Part shown: positions 49,901 to 58,900 of the stretch, in pieces
How positions within the stretch are numbered: position 1 is the stretch's first letter
Layout of the letters: each line of letters opens with the position of its first letter
Virus record (IMG/VR): IMGVR_UViG_3300035510_000283
Location: 2,544-66,543 of that record
DNA: 64,000 bases
Source: a virus
Taxonomy: Duplodnaviria > Caudoviricetes
Strand: one strand, 5' to 3'
The notes under the pieces: model-generated
What the model was told of the DNA's origin: nothing
What the model saw: only the letters and a program-made list of their open reading frames with translations
The model's database searches: none
Translations under genes and position numbers: made by a program

Positions 49901-52900
49901 TAGCATCTGCCACCTCCGACAAAGTCCAGCTATACAGGCCGTCAGCGTAACCGCCTGTTCTGCCTAACAGCTGATTAATACCTTCGCTCTTTCGATACGT
50001 TGCTTCATTGTCTTGCAAATACTTGTCAACGCTATCCGGTGCGTCAGATAGCTTATCAAGTTCCTGCTGCAACTCAGCTTCGGTCATAGACTGCGCACGT
50101 TGCTCAAGCTCCTTGCCTTTGTCGCCGTCGATGAATGCGTTGTAGTAACCGTTTATTTTCTCGTTTACCATCTTGCCAACTGCGTCTTCAGCGTCAACAA
50201 CATCTTGCGGCTTGCCCCATTGTTCAACGTAATCATCGTATGCTTGCTCACGTTCAGCGTTGTTTCTGTTAATGCCACGATGCTCCTTTTCCAAGTCATA
50301 GCGTGCTTCTTGAGCATTTGTAGGCTCAGGCAACTCTGGAGCGGTATATACAGGGTTCTCGGCAAGAGACTTTTCATATTCAAGCGCTCTCACCTCGTGC
50401 GGTTTCAGCGTGCCGCTCTCAAGTTGTGAGTTTATGCGGTCAACGTTAATGTCGCGCTCTGTGGGGCGCATAACAATGCCGTCGCGCACAACATAACCTT
50501 GCTTGTGAACTTCCTCACCCATGCCGAGCGCAATAGCACGTGTATCTTTGCCTTTGACCATAATGGCGTGTGTGCCGTCTTTGTATTTAATCTGCATCTT
50601 GGCACCGTCACCGGCAGTGTCATACACATCAAGTATGGCTTTAGCCAGTGTCGTGTCCATGAGCGTTGTGCCACGGCCAGTGCCAACCTCAACCACAACA
50701 ACATGCTCTTTGCCCATGGCTTTCTTGGCCTCAAGCGCACGTGCAACGTTGCGTCTGAACTCTTCTGCGTCAAATTCTTCGGTTGCATGTTTATCAAACG
50801 CATTGAACACTCTTGTGTGGTCAGGGAACTTGCCGTCAATCTTCTCGCCTTTCTTTGTGCGGATGCTGCCCTCAAACTCGGCGGGGTAGTCGGCTTTCTT
50901 CTCAACAAGTATGCGAGTGTCGGTTGCAACGGCTCGGCCTTTGGTGTAGAATACACCTTGAGTTTGCTTGCGGTCTCCGTCTTTTTCTTTGCCAGTGTAG
51001 TTGAATAGGTTGAGCTTTGTTTCCTTCTTGGGCATAACCGGCTCTTTGGCTACGCGCTTAGCCTTTTCAATCAGCGTCTCGTTGTGGCGACGTGCAATCT
51101 CGTCCTGTAAGATTGGCAGATAAACATTAGCCTCCACTCGTTGACGTTCATATTGCTCTGTGTCAGCCTTGGTGGGGATGCTGTTCTCATCGTTATAAAT
51201 GTCACCGCTTTTGAAACCGAAATCTTCGTGCTCCTCGTTGCGGTGTGGTGCAAGTCGTTCAATTTCTGCCTCAATCCACTCTGTGGGGCGGTGGCTTACT
51301 TTCTCGCGGTAGTCTTTTGTTGTGTGAGCAAACTCCTTGCGAGTTTGATTGTAATAGCGCTTGCCGTAGTCGTAAGCATCGTCCATGCTGTCAAAGTCAG
51401 GCTGCTGTTTTGTTTCGGTCTCTGCCTTAGCCTCCGGCTGCACTTGTTCGCTCTCTGCGGCTGTGCTCTCTGCTTTTTCGGCATTGTCAAACAGCGACAA
51501 CTGCTCTCCTTTGTCCTCAGCTGCGTGTTGTTTCACGCTCGCATACTCGGCAAACGGCTTGGTCTTGCGGTGGCTGCTGTCAATCCACTTCTTGAACTCG
51601 GCTTTGCTGACGCGAGTAATTGCACCCAAACCTTGCCAACCTTCAGAATAATTTGACAAATAAGCTTGACGTGCGGCTTCTTCATTTTCAAAGCCGTACA
51701 TAACCTTGTGCTCGTCAAATTCACCGGTCTTCGGGTTTACTTGGTCAACAACATACACGTCACCATGTTCGGGGTTGTCTGATAAGAACACGTCAATGTG
51801 GTCACCATCAACGCCCTCAGTGCCGCGAATATACCCGTAGGTATTGTTCATGGTGCTCTCCCACTCGTTGCCGTCAGCATCTACGCCGCGGCGAGTGCTG
51901 CCCTTGGGGTTCTCAATGGTGATGTCGTGTCCGTCAACCTTGACGTGACCTTTCTTGTAGTTGCCGGCTTCCTTCTGTGCTTGTGTCGGTTCGGTGTTCA
52001 CCTCCGCTTCAGCTGCCTTCACTGCCGACTGAACAGACGGCGTTTCAGCTGCGCGGTTGTTCAGTGCTTCAATCATGGGTATAACAACATCACGGAGTTC
52101 ACGCTCGTGAGAGAGTGCTGCATTTGCTTGCTTAACCCATTCTTTGATGTCATAACCTTGCACGCCACGTTTATCGTCAGCTTCGCCAATACTCTTGAGG
52201 TACTCCCAAAAATCATTTTCATCTTTCACTTTCGACAAACGCTCATTGTTATCGTGGTCGCGTTCGTATTTTGCTAACTGCTTGTGTGCATCGTCAAGCT
52301 CGGCTGCACCTTTTTCGCCGGTAACGTCGTCAAGCCAATAAACAGTGTGACCTTGTTTATTGCCAATACGAATACCTTTGTTGCCGTTAGCGTCTTCGGT
52401 TTCCTCGAATACGGTTATGCCATTGCCCTTTTCGTTGAGAGCCTTGTCGCGTATCTCGGTTAACCGGTCATTGCCTAATACCTTGTCTGTCTCAGCAGTG
52501 GCAATTTCGTCGTTTATCTGTTCTTGCTCAGCGTTTTTCTGTGAACTTTTTTCGCTAACTCCTTGTTTTTCTTGTAACAAAGTATTACCTTTGCTGACAG
52601 AACTCGAACTTTTACTCTGACTTCCAGTGCGGCTCAATTGCTCGTCGCCTTGTTGAGCATTGATAGTGGGAACGGTTGGAGTTGCGACATCTTCAGGAAC
52701 GACGTGTGCGCCCCGTTCCCAGAGTAAAGGTCGTTCTTTTAATCCTTTTAAACTCTCATATCCTGATGTGCGGATGCCGATGAATTCACCGGTATCTCCG
52801 TTGACTACGATGGTAATTGCCCTACGTCCAACCTTATTTTTGCCGTTCTCTATGGAGAAAATATATGAATTGTCACGGCCTAATCTAACGTGGTCAACGT

Positions 52901-55900
52901 TGTTTATAATTGACAATACGAAATCTATTGCATCATCAAGATTGCTCATCTTGGTCTCCTTGGCGTGAGCATCGTACACGTGCCAAGCCATTGACTCTGT
53001 TAATTTGAAAGGCACCGGAGTAAGGCCAATACGCTCAAATATTTCGTCTGGTATTGAGGCTAATGAAGTTGAACCACTTTCATTTGCGTAAAAACGCTCT
53101 CCGTTTAAAGCACTTTCGGTTGAAATGGTGTATTTCTTGCCAAGGTTACTTTCTATTTTCTTGCGACGTTCGACTATTTTATTATTAGCCAGTTCTCCTT
53201 GGTCTCCGAAGGACGTGCCTGTTTGTGCAGCTTGGCTCTGGTTATTACCTCGGCTATCAGTCTGCGCGTATCCTGCGCCCTGAGAGTTTCTATCTCCTTG
53301 CGGCTGATTAGATTGTTGTTCAGACAATAAATCATCGCCTCCTTGTACTCCTTCGCTAACTGCTGTTGCTGTGTCGTTTGATTGTTGTCCATTTGATAGT
53401 TCTTCATTAATTTGGTCGTCAATAGCCTTGATGTCGGCATCTGACAACGATTTGTAAGTGTTATATGTTTCTTCTACATGGGCATCATAATCTTCCTTGC
53501 CCATATTATAACGTTGCATGTACCAGTCATGTTGCATCTCGCCGTAATTATTATCAAGTTCGCGAGCTGCTTGCACATCTTCGTCAAGCTCATCTTCGCG
53601 TGCACGATAAATTTCTGCGGCTGCATCAAACATGTCTTTAGATCGCGGAGTGCGACGCAATATTTCAATCACGGCATTGCGCACGTCAACATCATTAATG
53701 CGGTCTGCATTAAACTCAACATTGCCGGCATCACCTTGCAGCTCTTCATAGAGCATGTGTGTAAACTCATCAAAGTTCATGCCGTTGGCGTCAGACACTA
53801 TCCAGCCCATGTCAGCACGTTCGCCGGCTTTGTCTGAGCCAAACACTTGTGCTGCCATGCCTTTATCGCCTGACCACTTGGTCTTCATGTCCTTGCTGTT
53901 CGCTGCCAGTCGGCGCAACAACCATTCTTCCAGACTTGCGGGGGCATGCTCCCACTTATCCATAGCCTTACCAAACTGAGCCGGGCCTTTCAGCCTATCC
54001 TCAGTATCGCGGCGAGCCTTGACTGCTCTGCGGCTTTCACTGTTGAGGAGCGCATCTTTTTCTGCGTTAAAACTTTCGTCAAATGTAGTAAGCGCTTGCT
54101 CTTTCTCTTGGTTCTCCGGCTTTGCCGCTTCGGCGGCTTTAGCCTCTGCCTCTGCAATGGCTGCTTGGCGTGCTTGCTCTGCTGCTTGCGCCTGTGCTTG
54201 TCGTTCAGCTTCGCGTTGTGCTGCGTATGCCTTTTCGGCCTCGGCTTGCTCCAGTGCTTTGCGATGTATCTCTTCACGTCTGTTGGCCTCGGCTTGCTCC
54301 TTGCGCTCGGTGGGCACATTCATTATCGCTCTCCACTTTTGAGCAATAGCTTGAGCTGTTGCATATTCTTGCTCTGCGGCTTGTATTGCAGCATCAAATT
54401 GGTCGATGTCGTCAGTGTCCGGGTCTAGCTTGTCGAGAGTGCGTTTAGCATCGTTCATCTTCTTGCGTGCTGCTGCCTCTTGCTTTTCGATAAACAATTT
54501 AGCCTTGTCCTCGTTGCCTCGTAGCTTTTCTACAACTGCATCGTATGCGGTGGTAGGCTCAGCGTCAGTCCAAATAGCTTTGCCGTTTTCGTCTTTGGGT
54601 ACTTGCTCGTAGTAAGACGTTGAAGGTGCTGACTCAGCTAATGCACTTTCTTCGCTTGCTCTTGCACTTTCAGCATCAACAGCAGGAGCTTCTGCATCAG
54701 CTTGGGTGGGCGGCTGCTCTGTGGGCTGAGGTCTTGGATTTGCCGGCACATAATCAACGATGTTGCCTTTGTCATCGCGAGTGAACATTGTGTCAAGCGT
54801 CTCTGCCGGAATTGTTGTGTTGTAACCGGAGCGTGTGCTGCTCGGCTTACTGTTCTCGTTGATAGGAGAGGGTGTCCACACTGTCACATCGTTGCCCGAC
54901 ACATCAAGCACCGATGCAATTTGGTCATTGTCTTGACCATCAATCGGCAAGCGGAAAGTATCGCCAAACTCAAATGCGGTCTCGCTTGCAGCTTGGTTTG
55001 CACTTTCGCTTGCAGCTTGGTTTGCACTTTCGGTCGCTGGTTCGCTTGCAGCTTCTGTATTGGCTTCTGCTTGGCTTTCTGTCGGTGTCTCTGCTTGCGG
55101 CTCTGCACCTCGTTGTCGGCGTGCGAGTGCATCTTTGCATCCGGCAAGCCAACCCTTACCGGTGTCGGTCAGATTATCCTCTTCTTCCTCGTATGATTTA
55201 ATGATAGCAGCAAGCTCCTCATCGCTTCTGTTCTCAGCGTCAGCAATAGCGGTATTATACCAATTCTGATACTCTTCGCTTTGCTCTGACTTGTTGGTGT
55301 TGGTGTTGGTGTTGGTTGCTTCTTCATCAACGCGCACTGCGTCTTCATCAACGCGCACTGCGTCTTCATCAACGCGCACTGCGTCTTCTTCAACGTCCTC
55401 AGTCTCAGCTGCAGCGTTGATAATGGATGCAATTTGTTCCTGCTCAAGGCTTAGCTGCTGCTCTGCGCCTTCTTGCATTTCCCGCGGGTCAATCGGTTCA
55501 CTCATTTCCTTAATCTCAGAAGGAGAGATAACCTCAACCTCGTTGGTCTTGCCGTCAACCACAACAATAGTATTGTCTGAGGCATCAACGTCAACCGTGC
55601 CGTCCTCCGTGCGTTCTATCTTGCCGTCAATGACATATACGTCGCGGTCATTGAGAGTGAGTTTAGCCGGTTCAAGCATTCCGCTTTGAGGATTGGTGCG
55701 CTTCACAAATGCCTCTTGCATCTGCTTGCGTTTGTTCTCAATGCTTTCGTTGCTGGCGTCAACAAAGCCTTCCACACGCTGACGTGCGTTGATATAGTCA
55801 AGCACAGTCTGACGTTGTGCATCGTTTAGATCCGGATATGTGAGGTAACCAATCGGGTCTTCATCAATCTCACTGAGAGCACGCTCGCCAAGGTCGGCTT

Positions 55901-58900
55901 TCACACGTTCAATGCACTCGCGCATGTTGGCGGCGTTAGCTGCCATTTGCTCTGCTGCAGATGTGTCGCCTTGTTCGTATGCCTTGTGAGCCTCTGCGCC
56001 TTCGTTATATGAAGCCTCGGCTTGCTCGTTGGCTTTTTGCACTGTCTCGCGCTCCGGGTACAGCACATTCATATATTCATATAGAGCCTCTTTCTCAACG
56101 TCACTGCGCTCGCCCTCGTTCTTGGCAATAGTCTCATTGAGGTCTATGCCGTACTTTTTGGATATTTCATTGCGTTGGTTGGTGGCCTCGTCAGAGTATC
56201 GAGAGAGTATCTCATTGTACCTATCAAGTAGACGGCTCTTGCTGAGTTCAACGTCTAGGTTGCCCGCTTGAGCCATTTGGATGTCTTTTATGTCTCCGGA
56301 TAGTTTCTCTTCGTCAACATTAACCTCTTTGGCAAGGTCAGCAATGGCTTTCTTAGATGCATCATAAGCATTGCGTTGATTGAACTTCTGCTCGCCAACG
56401 TTGATTGAGTTAAGTTCAACCTGGTGCTTCACCTTGGCTTCCTCGGCTCTAGCTTCATCTTCTGTTGCAAACTCTCGTGAGGTTACAACTTCATTGTCGG
56501 CTGTGCGCGATTGCACAGTCCACTTTTTGCCATTGTCACTTGATGTAGTTGTACACTTGGCAATAGTGCCGGGGCTGAGCATGTGTCCGCCTGTTGCTAT
56601 GTAGTAGGCTTTTGCTCTTACGGCTTGACTTACCTCCGTGTCTTCCATTAGCTTTTGCATCTCAGCATAGCCGGTCAAACGTCCGTCTTTGACGTGCGCC
56701 GAAGCATCCTTGTCGAATTTGAACAACTCGCTGAGGTCGCTGTACCCATGCTCATCCAGCTCTGCGATGTCGTCTTTGCTGAGACGCACTTGCGGAACAG
56801 ACTGAGCATTGCGGCGTATCACTGTTGAGAGTGGCTCGCCGCGCTGCACAAGTTCCTTAACAACATGACCGGCTGACTTGATAGCGCCTTGAGTTTTTAA
56901 ACCCAACATAAATATAATGTTGTCGCCCCACACGTCACCGAAACTTGTTTTCTTCTTCTCGTCTGAGCTAAGAGTGAGGTAGTCTGCTGTTGCAAAGATT
57001 GTGCCGTCAAGCAAACCACTACCTGCTGCAGCTGCTGCTCGTGTTGCAACCTTGCCCGTGGTGCTGCCTATTCCGTCGACCACAGCGTCAGTGGCATTGC
57101 CCCACAGCGGAGCGAGTGCGCCTGTAACACCGCCAAGCACCACGCCGTGCATGGATTTTGACAGTGCATCGCCAACTGAATAGCTGCCAATGGTGCCGTC
57201 ATCTTTAAGCACACCGCCATGTGATATTTGCGTTTCGATGTTTTTAGCAGCATCGTATGCGCCGAGGTTGGCTGCACCGCCAACTGCACTCGCAAACATG
57301 CGAGAGCCGACTCTGCTCATAGCATATCTGGCTGCTGCGCTCTTCGTCGCTTCTTGCAGTGTGCGCTTGCCCATGAAGTTTATCATGCCTCTTGTTGCTG
57401 CACCTCCCAAACCACCGGTTGCCCACAGCATAGGGTCAGTGGCCATACTTGCTATGGATGCCGTTGTAGCCAACCAGCGATGCTTGCTGCCGTACTCAGA
57501 TAGCGCTTGCTCACGTGCAAGTTGGTCACCGCTGCTGCCTGACATGCCTCGTGCTGCAGCATCGAGCACCCAACCGTAGTTCTCCATCATCTTGGCGGCG
57601 AAGTACTCCAGCTTGTTTTTAGGCACGTTAGCCTTGACAGCACGATTGTACATATCCTTGTAGATTTCGCCTTTCATTGCTGTTACAGCTGCTGCATACG
57701 GTGACATGCCGTTGCACTCGTCGGGGTTCTCCTCAAAGTATTGCGTGTATTGAGCAATTGTATTGTCGCGATACTCTTGCGGCATGGCGTGATAGGCTTC
57801 ATTGGTAAGCCTATCCATGTCAAAGTTTTTGTTGTGTTCTGCGCTGCTTATAAGCGAGTTCACAAGGTCACCATGCGAGGTGGCGTATGTTTGCGTGGGG
57901 TTGGCGTCAGCCTTGACAGCCTTGTTCCATGCTTGGTCAATGGCTGCGTCAGCTTTAGCCTTCATTGCAGCATCGCCCTGGTGGAATGCTCTGTTCTCTG
58001 CTTCGGCGGCTTCGCGGCTGAATGTGCGCTCTCCTGACGCGGTCAGATACTCACGTTTCACTTGCCCTGATGCAGCATCGTATTTCAAGCCGGTGCTTAC
58101 GGCACGGTCTCTGCCGTGGCTCAGCTCTTGATACTGACGCATGTTCTCGGCACGGTCAGCGGCGGCGTTGAGCTGCTGCTGTGTCTGAATATTCTTCTTG
58201 AACGTTTTGCTGAGGTCTGCGGTTTGACTTGATGTTGGAGTATAGCGGTGGCCATTATCTTCACGTGACTCAACAGTCCAACCGTCTTTTATAAGGTTCA
58301 TCGCCTTTGATACGTTCACGTGGTACAACTTACCCTCGGTGTCACGCATGTAAACGCGAATGGGAGCACCTGCACCTTTCGTCTTTGCCCATGCTGCCAA
58401 GTCGCCATTGTGGTTTATCTCCGACTGCAGCACCTCAAAGTCCTTGCCACCACGACGCAAGCGCACAATGCGGTCGGGCTTACCTTCGCGCTTTGCTGCT
58501 TGTGCTTGCAGCTTTGTGGGCTGCTGAGTGTCACCTTGCGGGGGAAGTGTGTTCTTTTGCAGTGGCGTAGTCGGGCGCATTTCATTTGCGCTTTTTCCCG
58601 TTGGTGTAGTCGTATCTTGCTCCGTCACCATTTGAGACTTCATCATCGGCTTGGCCGATGTCGCCGGCTGTGCTGCCATTGTTTGCGCGGCTGCAGTTGT
58701 GGTAGGCTGCATTGACGGCTTGGGAGTGGCGTCAATAGTGAAAGGATGCCAACCTCTGCCAAGAGCCTCTTTCATTCGCCCAATGGGAATGTCGTAGTCA
58801 TTCTTGTCGTTGTCGCGCACGCGCACAGTTGCGTTGGGGTAGTCTTCTGCGTATCTACTCCAACCATATTTATCTATGTTCGACTTTGAAACGTTGTGCT

